DNA from: the human T2T-CHM13v2.0 reference genome, Homo sapiens
Strand: one strand, 5' to 3'
Length of the DNA stretch: 64,000 bases
Assembly (NCBI RefSeq): GCF_009914755.1
Contig: NC_060935.1
Positions 26,532 through 39,271 of the stretch are shown piece after piece. Numbering within the stretch: the stretch's first letter is position 1; the number at the start of each line of letters is the position of its first letter. The translations under genes were made by a program, and so were the position numbers. A model generated the notes under the pieces. The model saw only the letters and a program-made list of their open reading frames with translations, searched no databases and was not told where the DNA came from.

Positions 26532-29500
26532 TTTCAATCTTGGCGCCACACTTCAATCTCTCCCTTCTCTTAATTTCAATTCCTTTCATTTTCTGATAGA
26601 GACAAAGGAGACACGTGGACCCAAAACTCCGTGGACCCAAACTCCGTGGACCCAAAACTCCGTGGACTCAAAACTCCAGCGCCCTCTGGGGGAGGGGCAA
26701 GTACCCCTCAACCCCTTCTCCTTCACCCTTAGTGGCAAGTCCCGCTTTTCTAGGGGGCAAGAACCCCCAATCCCTTATTTCCGCACCCCGACCTCTTATC
26801 TCTGTGTCCCAATCCCTTATTTCCGCACCCCGACCTCTTATCTCTGTGCCCCAATCCCTTATTTCCGTGCCCCAACCCTTTCTCTGCTTTTCTGGAGGGC
26901 AAGAAACCCCCACCCCCTTCTCCGTATCTCTACTCTTTTCTCTAGGCTTGCCTCCTTCACTATGGGCAAGCTTCCACCTTCCATTCCTCCTTCTTCTCCC
27001 TTAGCCTGTATCCTTAAGAACTTAAAACCTCTTCAACTCTCACCTGACCTAAAATCAAAGTGTCTTATTTTCTTCTGCAATGCCGCTTGACCCCAATACA
27101 AACTCGACAGTAGTTCCAAATAGCCGGAAAACAGCTCTTTCAATTTTTCCATCCTACAAGAGCTAAATAATTCTTGTCGTAAAATGGGCAAATGATCTGA
27201 GGTGCCTGACGTCCACGCATTCTTTTACACATCAGTCCCTTCCTAGTCTCTGTGCCCAGTGCAACTCGTCCCAAATCTTCCTTCTTTCCCTCCCGCCTGT
27301 CCCCTCAGTCCCAACCCCAAGCGTCGCTGAGTCTTTCTAATCTTCCTTTTCTACAGACCCATCTGACCTCTCCCCTCCTCGCCAGACCAAGCTAGGTCCC
27401 ATTTCTTCCTCAGCCTCCGCTCCTCCACCCTGTAATCTTTTTATCGCCTCTCCTCCTCACACCCGGTCTGACTTACAGTTTCGTTCTGTGACTAGCCCTC
27501 CCCCACCTGCCCAGCAATTTACTCTTAAAAAGGTGGCTGGAGCTAAAGGCATAGTCAAGGTTAATGCTCCTTTTTCTTTATCCCAAATCAGATAGCGTTT
27601 AGGCTCTTTTTCATCAAATATAAAACCCCAGCCGAGTTCATGGCTCGTTCGGCAGCAACCCTGAGAAGCTTTACAGCCCTAGACCCTAAAAGGTCAAAAG
27701 GCCATCTTATTCTCAATATACATTTTATTACCCAATCTGCTCCCGACATTAAATAAAACTCCAAAAATTAGAATCTGGCCCTCAAACCCCACAACAGGAC
27801 TTAATTAACCTCACCTTCAAGGTGTACAATAATAAAAAAAGTTGCAATTCCTTACCTCCACTGTGAGACAAACCCCAGCTACATCTCCAGCACACAAGAA
27901 CTTCCAAACGCCTGAACTGCAGCGGCCAGGCGTTCCTCCAGAACCTCCTCCCCCAGGAGCTTACTACAAGTGCTAGAAATCTGGACACCAGGCCAAGGAA
28001 TGCCTGCAGCCCAGGATTCCTCCTAAGCCGTGTCCCATCTGCGCGGGACCCCACTGGAAATCGGACTGTTCAACTCACCTGGCAGCCACTCCCAGAGCCC
28101 CTGGAACTCTGGCCCAAGGCTCCCTGACTGACTCCTTCTCGGCTTAGCAGCTGAAGACTGAGGCTGCCTGATTGCCTTGGAAGCCCCGTAGACCATCGCG
28201 GATGCCGAGCTTTAAGTAACTCTCACAGTGGAGTGTAAGTCCATCCCCTTCTTAATCAATACGGAGGCTACCCACTCCACATTACCTTCTTTTCAAAGGC
28301 CTGTTTCCCTTGCCTCCATAACTGCTGTGCGTATTGACAGCCAGACTTCTAAACCTCTTAAAACTCCCCAACTCTGGTGCCAACTTAGACAACACTCTTT
28401 TATGCACTCTTTTTTAGTTATCTCCACCTGCCCAGTTCCCTTATTAGGCCGAGATATTTTAACCAAATTATCTGCTTCCCTGACTATTCCTGGATTACAG
28501 CTGCATCTCATTGCTGCCCTTCTTCCCAATCCAAAGCCTCCTTTGCGTCCTCCTCTTGTATTCCCCCACCTTAACCCACAAGAGACCTCTACTCCCTCCT
28601 TGGCGACCAATCATGCACCCCTTACCATCTCATTAAAACCTAATCACCCTTACCCCACTCAATGCCAATATCCCATCCCACAGCAAGCTTTGAAAGGATT
28701 AATGCCTGTTATCACTCGCCTGCTACAGCATGGCCTTTTAAAGCCTATAAACTCTCCTTACAATTCCCCCATTTTACCTGTCCTAAAACCAGACAAGCCT
28801 TACAAGTTAGTTCAGGATCTATGCCTTATCAACCAAATTGTTTTGCCTATCCACCCCATGGTGCCAAACCCATATACTCTCCTATCCGCAATACCTCCCT
28901 CCACAATCCATTATTCTGTTCTGGATCTCAAACGTGCTTTCTTTACTATTCCTTTGCACCCGTCATCCCAGCCTCTCTTCGCTTCACTTGGACTGACCCT
29001 GACACCCATCAGGCTCAGCAAATTACCTGGGCTGTACTGCCACAAGGCTTCACAGACAGCCCCCATTACTTCAGTCAAGCCCAAATTTCATCCTCATCTG
29101 TTACCTATCTCGGCATAATTCTCGTAAAAACACACGTGCTCTCCCTGCTGATCGTGTCCGACTAATCTCCCAAACCTCAATCCTTTACAAAACAACAACT
29201 CCTTTCCTTCCTAGGCATGGTTAGTGCAGTCAAAATTCTTACACAAGAGCCAGGACCGCACACTGTAGCCTTTCTGTGCAAACAACTTGACCTTACTGTT
29301 TTAGCCTAGCCCTCATGTCTGCGTGCAGCGGCTGCCACTGCTTTAATACTTTTAGAGGCCTTTCCTACAAGGTCTGAGAAGGCCACCACAGTCATTTCTT
29401 CCCTTCTGTCAGACATAATTCCTCAGTTTAGCCTTCCCACCTCTATACAGTCTGATAACAGACCAGCCTTTATTAGTCAAATCAGCCAAGCATTTTTTCA

Positions 29501-30308
29501 GGCTCTTAGTATTCAGTGACAGACTAATGGTCTATTAAAAACACACCTCACCAAGCTCAGCCACCAACTTAAAAAGGACTGGACAATACTTTTACCACTT
29601 TCCCTTCTCAGAAGTCAGACATGTCCTCAGAATGCTACAAGGTACAGCCCATTTAACCTCCTGTATAGATGCTCCTTTTTATTAGGCCCCAGTCTCATTC
29701 CAGACACCAGACCAACTTCGACTGTGCCCCAAAAAACTTGTCATCCCTACTATCTTCTGTCTAGTCATACTCCTATTCACCGTTCTCAACTACTCATACA
29801 TGCCCTGCTCTTGTTTACACTGCCGGTTTATACTGTTTCTCCAAGCCATCACAGCTGATATCTCCTCGTGCTATCTCCAAATTGCCACTCTTAACTCTTG
29901 AAGTAAATAAATAATCTTTGCTGGCAGGACTATGCTGAATCTCCATAGGCACTCTCTAATTAAATGTCCTAGGTCCTCCCAATTCTTAGACCTTTTATAC
30001 CTGTTTTTCTCCTTCTCTTATTCCATTTAGTTTTTCAATTCATACAAAACCGTATCCAGGCCATCACCAATCATTCTACATGACAAATGTTTCTTCTAAC
30101 AACCCCACAATATCACCCCTTACCACAAGACCTCCCTTCAGCTTAATCTCTCCCACTCTAGGTTCCCACGCCACCCCTAATCCCGCTTGAAGCAGCCCGG
30201 AGAAACATCGTCCATTCTGTCTCCATACCACTCCCCCAAAATTTTCACCGCCCCAACACTTCAACACTATTTTGTTTTATTTTTCTTATTAATATATGAA
30301 GGCAGGAA
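26532..30308 (+). mobile_element. HERV-H internal region, 5'-truncated and internally deleted
   Basis: HERV-H leader tttcaatcttggcgccacacttcaatctctccc; ~40-bp leader tandem repeats at 26765-26875; decayed gag Zn knuckles near 27961-28070; pro/pol remnants; PPT gaaggcaggaa before the LTR. Confidence 0.93.
27961..29165 (+). pseudogene. Defective HERV-H gag-pro-pol
   Basis: [13 protein letters not shown] knuckle (first knuckle has a stop); protease motif decayed to INTEA; RT motifs LDLKRAFFTIPL and VLPQGFTDSP in different frames; no YxDD seen. Confidence 0.85.
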
Positions 30309-30744
30309 TGTCAGGCCTCTGAGCCCAAGCCAAGCCATCGCATCCCCTGTGACTTGCACCTATACGCCCAGATGGCTTGAAGTAACTGAAGAATCACAAA
30401 AGAAGTGAAAAGGCCCTGCCCCGCCTTAACTGATGACATTCCACCATTGTGATTTGTTTCTGCCCCACCTTAACTGAGTGATTAACCCTGTGAATTTCCT
30501 TCTCCTGGCTCAGAAGCTCCCCCACTGAGCACCTTGTGACCCCCCTTCCCTGCCCACCAGAGAACAACCCCCTTTGACTGTAATTTTCCATTATCTTCCC
30601 AAATCCTATAAAACGGCCCCACCCCTATCTCCCTTCGCTGACTCTCTTTTTGGACTCAGCCCGCCTGCACCCAGGTGAAATAAACAGCCATGTTGCTCAC
30701 ACAAAGCCTGTTTGGTGGTTCTCTTCACACGGATGCGCATGAAA
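30309..30744 (+). mobile_element. LTR7 (3' LTR of HERV-H)
   Basis: Starts tgtcaggcctctgagcccaagc, ends catgaaa; TATAAAA at 30607; AATAAA at 30679. Confidence 0.95.
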
Positions 30745-32181
30745 CTTAGTTCATAATTGGCTAAGCCAGGGCTCAAATCCAGGTCTGCTGATTCCAAAGC
30801 CTGTGACCTTAGCTGTGAGGCCAAGGAAGAAGGGATCACGCACACCTCTGACCACCCCAGCTGCCTACCCTGACCCCACAACTTCCTTGCTCCTGGAGGC
30901 ATGGAGCAGGGACAGGGGTGGTCCACCTGGTTGGTAATCAATCACTCATTCATTCCTCTACTCAACCAGTCACGTGTGCACTCAGTAAACATGTATGGAG
31001 GGTGCACTAAGTGCCCAAAGGGGGGTGAGGCACTGGGATCGGTGGGTGAACTTTCAGATGCAATCCCTCCCTCATGTAGCTTATAAGCAGTGGGGCCTCA
31101 GATGTGAAGGCAAAGCTCAGAATTCAGGGGATTCAGGGTCCCCTGGCAGGTGCCCAGGGTGCTAGAGAGAGCAGGTCAGGAACACTCTTGAACAGCGGAG
31201 GCCCAGCCTGGCTCGTCCCCCTCCTGCCCCCTGGGGCGGGTGTCTGCGGCCTCCAGGCTACTCCTGGATGATTTTATTAGCTGTGTTGGGAGCATATGGT
31301 CCTCGGACATGAGACCTGAAGTAGTATTTACTGGAGAGCCGAGGACACCGGGTTCCCGTGTGGGCTGGGTTTGGCACGCACTCGGTTACTGATTGATAGG
31401 CCATTCAGGAAACAAAGACCACAAGAGAATTCAGCATGCTCCTGGCTCGGGGCCAAGCCAGCCTCATCTCCTTTGCTTTGTCAAGTGTGTCTTTTTGTCT
31501 GCCTTCATCACTTGCTGGGCGCCTCTGTGTTCACTGCCGGGAGGAAGCCAAGTGTGTATTTGCAGGGGCTGTGGGGGTGTATCCAGCTTTTCTCTAAGAA
31601 CAGCTATCCAAGGGGCGGGAGGGAACAAGGGGGTCAGCCACAGCTCTCCCCTTACCCCTTCCCCTGAAAAGTCACAGCTCCTTGACGTGTGAGCTGAAGC
31701 TTGGGACTTTTGTCTTGTGTCTGTTTTTTCCAAAGCCAAGTCCAGAGACAGACCAGGGCCTTCCCAAGGTCACACAGCAAGCCAAGGGCAGAGCTGGCAG
31801 TGAAACCAATTTTCCACCTTCCACGGTGTGGTCTGCACTGAGCTGCAGGCAGGGCTTCCGGGGCCACAAATTGCTTCCCCAGCTCAGAACATTGCCCTCT
31901 TCTCCCCTCCCTGCTGCCCTGCTCACCAGGGGGAATTCCTCTCAGTGACACCAAAGAAGCCCTTTGGGGAAGTGACAGTGAGCATTTCTTGAAAAGGGAA
32001 CCAAGTTTAGACATCTAGAGACAGTAGCAGCCGCGGTGACTGGCGGCCTCCTGGGGCTGAGGAACTTCGGGGTGTCACTCAGGGTGACAGCAGGTAGCCC
32101 AGCAAGCCCATAGGAGCAGGACAGGCCAGGCTGGGCCTCCACTGTTCCAGGACTGTTCCTGACCTGGTGTCACCTGCACCC

Positions 32182-32298
32182 TGTGAAGGGAAGCTCAGAA
32201 TTCAGGGAGACTCAGGGTCCCCTGGCAGGTGCTCTGCCCTGGTCTCCCGCCCTGCCAGGGGACCCTAAGTCTCCCTAAATTCTGAGCTTGCCTTCACA
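32182..32298. repeat. Inverted repeat, 48-bp arms (45/48 complementary), 21-nt spacer
   Basis: 32182-32229 versus reverse complement of 32251-32298; third copy at 31087-31153. Confidence 0.9.
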
Positions 32299-34311
32299 TC
32301 TGAGGCCCCACTGCCTACAAACTGAAAATGAAATCTGCCAAAACGGGTTGGGGAGCTGCCACTCCTGAACATAGCTCGTCCCAGTCCCTTCTAGGCATGA
32401 GGTCCCTCCACACCTGGGGGAGACCCTCCCCCAATCTCCCAATGCCACCTTCTTTGCCCCTCCAGTGTCAGGTTGAAGCTCTGGGAATGAACGTTTGAAG
32501 TTCTAAACAGGATTTCTTCCCAAGTCCTCAGTCACTCAACGGCAAACTATGAAGTGTCCCCAGCCTGTGAGGCTCCTCCTGCAGCCAAAACTGGGAGGGG
32601 GCACTGAGTCTGGGCCCAGGCTTTCTTCCAAGGCTAGGACACTCGGGCCCTTCCGTGGCTCTCCCAGTGCAGCCCTGGGCTCAGCACTGCCCTCCCAATG
32701 TCCCGGAAGGAGGCCGCTGTGGCCCTGGCTCCGAGGCCCAGGCCCAATCCATCTTCCCAGCCAGTGACTCGCTCTGACAACAGGGCCGAGCTGCCGTGGC
32801 ATTTGCCTCTGATCTCCGCTGGCCAGGCATTTGTCAGGCAGCCTGCTAGGAATGAAGAATGGGCGCTTGGTGAGGCACAGATTACCCGCCCCAGAGGCCC
32901 CTGATGAATTGCAGTTCAGAGCTCAGCTGCCTGGGGCCATGGATCAACAGGGAGGCGACTAATCTCCCCCACAGCAGCCCTGCCGAGCAGAGCGGAGGGA
33001 GGGTGGAAGCCTGGAGAGTCTGGGAGGAGACGCTACACCACCCCCTGCCCTGGGCCTTTCTTCAGCACAACACCCCTCACGCCCTCCACTCCCACCCGTC
33101 TGTCCAGGGAGCCCACTTCCTTCACTAGACGCAGCGCCAGTGGAGACGCTCAGTTCTTTGGGGGCACCCCTTCCTTGCTCCCTGTACAAGAGAGAGAGTT
33201 CGGAATTGCTGGGGGGGTGGGGTGGAGATTTCTCCTGATGCCCCAAAGCATTTAGAAAAACTGGAGGCCCATGCCAGGGGCACCCTCACCCTGGACAGGA
33301 GATCAGCCTGTAGGAGCTAGCGATCGGCCTGTCTGAGGCTCTTCTTCCTCTGATGGGGAAGTCCAGGCCACCCAGCCAGGAAGTGCCTGCCAGAACCCAG
33401 CAGAAGCCCTCCTGCCCCCATGCCCACAGGGCTCTTTCTCTGGAGCTGCTCAGAGGCTGGATGGGTTTGGATGGTGGACCCTTTAGCAAGGGATAGGTGT
33501 GGGACTGGCTGCTGGCTCACAGGCTAATTCTCCTGGCCCTCCCTGGGCTTCCTACCCAGCTCTTCCTGTTCATGGGTGCTGTGAGGAAGGCCAGGACTCA
33601 GCGGACTTAGCAGAGACCCTGCAACCCCATTGCCCAAGGCCAGCACTTCTGGGCCTGGGGGCTCTGGAAGTGCTCTCCCAGGGGCTGGCAGGGCAGAGCT
33701 ACCTGCCCTCTCCCCAGATGGTGAAACAAGTCCAGTTTCCCTTGGGCCCTCACCTGCTCCGCCTGGCTGCGTTCCCCTCACCCTCACCTGGACATGCTCA
33801 CCTACTAAGCTGTGACTGTCACCTTTTGCTCCACTTCGAGTTCACCTGGGGAGGCTGAACAACCACCGATGCCCCATCAGTTGAATCAGACTCACGGCAG
33901 CTGGGGTTGAGAAGAGCTACTCAGGCAAAGCCTCTTTCCCCTCCCACCCTACAAACGTCCCTGCTTGACTTCTCTGCCCCTCCCCATGTCCTGCTGTTGT
34001 TGATTTACTCAGACTACAGGGTTAGAGGCGTCGCCGTTCCCCAGGAGTTGGGGAAGATGTGTAGATCACGTGGGGTCTCTGCCTCTGGGAAGGAATGAGC
34101 ACTTAAGACCCCACAGCCAAGAATTACCCCAGAGTGGGGCAAGTGCTGTACCTGGGGGGTGAACAAGCGGAATGAGAAGAGCTGAGGGCTTTCCTAGGAA
34201 ATCACGGCACCGGGCGGACCATTCAGGAGCCAGGAGCCCCTCCTCCCGGCAAAGGCCCTTGGAAAGATTGAGTTGAAAACACACAGCTGGAGGGGATTCG
34301 GCGCAAGCCAC

Positions 34312-34344
34312 GTGCTCCCTCTGGTGGTCAGAAAGGGAATTGCG
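34312..34344 (-). promoter_or_regulatory. Candidate CTCF site (core plus upstream motif)
   Basis: Minus strand CGCAATTCC-N5-TGACCACCAGAGGGAGCAC. Confidence 0.7.
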
Positions 34345-36469
34345 GCCTCAGACGAAGACTGTCATGGTCGGAGTTGTCTGATTAAGAGTAATTCACCCAA
34401 TAATTTCCTAGGCTTGGTAGATCTTTGTGACTCAATGCAGGTCTGAATTGTGGAAAATCCCAAAGTGAAGTGAAAGTTCAGTAACTGCCAGCCCATGTGA
34501 CCTTTCTGGAGAGAGAAGGGAAATGTTCACAAGAGTCCTGGTTAGGAAGCAGGTCCCAGGCCTCTGAACACCACCTGGGGCCATGGGGCTCGTTAAGCCT
34601 CCGCCTGCAGAGGCCACCCCCCAAACCTCATATTCAACCGGGCTGGGGAAATCTGGGTACGTGGTGGTTTGAAAAGCCCCTCAGGTTCAGACCTGATAAA
34701 GCCTCACATTTCACAAGGAGGGAGGCCTTGAGGCAGGGTCAGCGAAGGGAAGTGACTCATCCAGAGCAGGTGGAATTTCCCTCTGAGGGTGGCAGGCTGG
34801 ATTGTCCTCTGTATGGAACATTCTAGAACATTCTAGAAACGTGATTCTTCTCCAGTGCTCTTACTTCTCCTGGGGTGGGCCACAGGTCTGAATACCCCCT
34901 CTTCCTGTTTGCCTTGCTGCTGCATCCAAGAGGCTTTGGGAGCCTCCCTCCTCCTGAAAGCCCCCCTGGCTAGACCTGCCCCATTCAAGTTCATTTCTCC
35001 CACCCTCGAGGGAGAGCTCAAGTGTGTGCCTCTATCTCCTGCAAAGAAAACTGAATTCCATTTAAGGGTTTGGCCTACACCAATGAGTCCACATTTGGAG
35101 TGGGGTGTCACAAGGACTTGGTGCTGAGTTGTAAGTCACCTGGCCTTCCCCTGCCTGGCTCCTGGTCTCCTCTGGAGTTTCTCCCCACAACCCCAGGCCT
35201 TCTCTGTTTCCCCTTCACTCTCCAAACCCACAGGCAGTCAGTGGGTAGTCCACCTCCCTGCCCCACCAACCGCTTCCCGTCCTTTGGATGTTCGTGTGGT
35301 GGGAAGAGCTCTGGAAGGGGAGCCAGAGACCTGCAGTTTACCTCTGGCTCCGACTCAGGCTGGCCATGTCACTCTGGATAAGCCACGGCCTCTCTTAGAG
35401 CCTCGGTTTCCCCTTCTGTAAATTGAAGACGGTCTGTTTTGCTCTCTAAGGACCCTTCCCTGCTCAAGCCTTCTGTGTTTCTAGGAGAGTTGGTGGTTAT
35501 CAGGGACTGGGGGCAGTGGATTAAGACAAAGAGCTTAATTCCCAAGTGGAGTGAGGTCTATCCTGCCTCTGGCCCCCAAACACACCCTGTTCATTTCCTG
35601 GTCCTGTAGCTTGGTTCTCCTGCCAGTTCTCCCCTCTCCTCCCTCAAAAGCTTGCAGGCCCAGATGAGGAAGCCAGACGCTAGGTGGTGCCAGAATCCCA
35701 CAATCCCTCCAGCCTTCGAGGCCTCTGAGTGAAGGGAGGGAGAGGAAAGTTGGGCTCCTTCCTGAGTGCAGAAGGTCCCAGAGGCCTCCCTGCATGGCCA
35801 TGGCCTTGGACTCACAGCAAAGGGGGCATGGGCATTAGGAGTCGGGCACATTAGGAGTCCGCACTAGGTGGAGCGACCTGGAAGCATCTCAGGCTGAGGC
35901 TGCCCTGGGTGGGTCCCTGCCTGCATGGACGGGGGCTGGAGCAAGTGTGACAGTGGTCTCACTCTCACCATCTGTTCCCTGGCCCCAGGCCCTGGAATTA
36001 ACCAACCCTCCAAATAGGTGGCCCCAAGAGTGGAAAGAGGTGGCCCGAGCTTAGTACCAGGAGGGGGCTGGGAAGAGGGCTGGCTCCTTCAGGACATGTG
36101 CAGAGGCCCAGCACCAGGCTCCCCGGACCCACCCACCTTGGCCCAGGGGGGTACATATGGAAAACGGCAGAGCACAGGAATGTGACCACACACAGGCCCA
36201 TCTTGGTAGCCTGGGGCCTCTCCACAGCAACTGCTAAGCAGGGTCGCTTCCAGGAACCCAACAGTGGTGCCTGGGGCAGAGGCCTCATGGGTATCCAATG
36301 GGCTGTGGTTTTGACCTCTGGGCCTTTCAGACTTCCCAGGTGTATAAAAGCCAGGCTGAGGCCTCTGTCCCCAGGGCTTCTGCCAGTTCAAGGGGTGTGA
36401 GGAGTGGCCTACAGATGACAACACTGAACTTCTTGCTTTTACAGGCAGACAGGTGCCTGAGCAATTAAT

Positions 36470-36784
36470 TGAAAAAACAAATGAGACCCGGCTGTATTTG
36501 TACTTGAGCTTGGAGAGGCTGGTGGTGACAGAGGAGGGAGACAGGCAGGCAGGTGAGGGAAGCAGCGGTCTCTGACGCCGGCTTTATTATAAGCATGAGG
36601 TGGCACGAGGCAGGCGTTGGCGATGCCACCTGGGGGTCACATTGAGTCTGGAGCTTCCTTCAGCCCAAGCGCTGGCAGTGACGGGGACAAAGGTCTAAAG
36701 CCCAGGGAAGAAGGGGAGGCGCCAGAGGCAGGGCCATGCTTGGCTTCCCAGCTGGCCCCAGTGCAGTGGGTGGCACCGCCGAGG
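36470..36784 (-). other. FXYD2: FXYD2 terminal non-coding exon (3' UTR)
   Basis: Acceptor tcttctcag|CCTCGG at 36785/36784; AATAAA 36583-36588 and AATACA 36493-36498; 3' end approximate. Confidence 0.8.
36583..36588 (-). terminator. FXYD2: FXYD2 polyadenylation signal AATAAA
   Basis: tttatt on the + strand within the last exon. Confidence 0.75.
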
Positions 36785-37083
36785 CTGAGAAGACAAAGGC
36801 AGGATGGGGTTGGGTGGGAGGCAGCAGAGGTTGGGGTTTTACTTCCCCCTTGTCCATCTCACTTTTCTCCAGGGCTCCTCTGTGATCTCCTGCGGCACAC
36901 ACTCCACGCCAGGCCCTTGGCCATCATTTTAAACACACGATGGGTGACAGACCACCTGGCTGATGTGTGGACGACCCTAAAATTCTTATTTACCGAGTCC
37001 AGGAGCCAGAATTCTTCCCTGTTGCTCCCAAGCCTGCCCTGCCCTCCCCGCACCTTCCCCAGGCCCTCCTAGCATACCTGCTG

Positions 37084-37108
37084 TTACGGCTCATCTTCAT
37101 TGATTTGC
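37084..37108 (-). CDS. FXYD2: FXYD2 last coding exon (R)QINEDEP*; exon extends to 37078
   Basis: ccaccag|G CAA ATC AAT GAA GAT GAG CCG TAA CAGCAG|gtatgc. Confidence 0.95.
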
Positions 37109-37163
37109 CTGGTGGGGGAAGGAAAAGCAACAGGTGAGAGGGCAGGGGGAGGGGTGGGTCTAG

Positions 37164-37772
<609 letters not shown>

Positions 37773-38040
37773 TTCTCTCTCTTTATATAAGGCTGGACCA
37801 TAGGCATTTAAGAACCTGAGTCAGTCAGTCAGTCAGCAAATATTTACTGGAGCAGATCCACGGTGGGCTGTTGGCATATCGAGAGTAGCAGCAGAGACTG
37901 GGCCATCATGGTGCCCCCAGCACAGCTGCCCGATGAACACCTGGAGAAGGATGGCAGCAACTCCAAAGTGGAGCCCCTTGCTTAGGCCACCTGCCTCCTG
38001 TGCCTATGTGATCAGCTGCCACCCGGCACTGCCCTCCGGG

Positions 38041-38212
38041 AGCTGCCACGGGCAACATGTGAAAATGGGGAGACCTGCAGGACTGTGGCCCGAGCCTTGG
38101 GGTGGGCTGGCAGTGGCACACGTAGAGAGAGCTGCCATGGGCAACACGGGAAAATGGGGAGACCCGCAGGACTGTGGCCCGAGCCTTGGGGTGGGGTGGC
38201 AGTGGCACACGT
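38041..38212. repeat. 89-bp-period tandem duplication (2 copies)
   Basis: agctgccacgggcaac...ggcacacgt at 38041-38123 and 38130-38212. Confidence 0.9.
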
Positions 38213-38719
38213 GCATTAGAAGTCCAGAGCCCACAGGTGTGCTTGCTGTATCTTCTTTCCATGGGTTGTGTTTTCTGTGTATTTTTCTTTGGGTTGGACC
38301 AAAACAAGTCAATGTGCAGTTATTAAGCTCCTGCTGTGTGCCCCTCGGGGCTTGAGGATACATAACTCTCTTTGTCTCCCCCAGAACACTCCGAGTCTGC
38401 ACTGGACCGTTCTCAGAGCGCTGTCCTGACTGCCATGTCTTTGGATGCTAGCCCTAATCTTGTGAGGCAGGTGGGATCATCCCTATTTAACAAATGAGTT
38501 TGGGACCATGGTTAGCAGCGGGGGGCCTAGTCCCCCTGCCTGGCCCTCCGGTTACCCAGTTACCCCGTGGGTTTGCTCTCACTTCTGCGGCTCCTCCCGG
38601 GCCCACTGGAGGGTGCACTTGAGCAAGCAGGAACCTCACACTGTGCTCCCAGCGAGCCTGGCACCCCACCGGGCACCCATTCCCACATCCTGCAGTGGGG
38701 GGCGTGGTGGGGAGGCTCA

Positions 38720-39271
<552 letters not shown>

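Noticed and set aside
25829-26596. 255-aa and 127-aa His/Thr-rich ORFs
   Set aside because: Translation of the (CA)-rich low-complexity tract
26765-26875. ~40-bp repeats resembling a CRISPR array
   Set aside because: Head-to-tail with no unique spacers; standard HERV-H leader repeat in eukaryotic DNA
28228-29118. 296-aa pro-pol ORF as a functional retroviral enzyme
   Set aside because: GTG start, protease Asp lost, frameshift before LPQG, no YxDD
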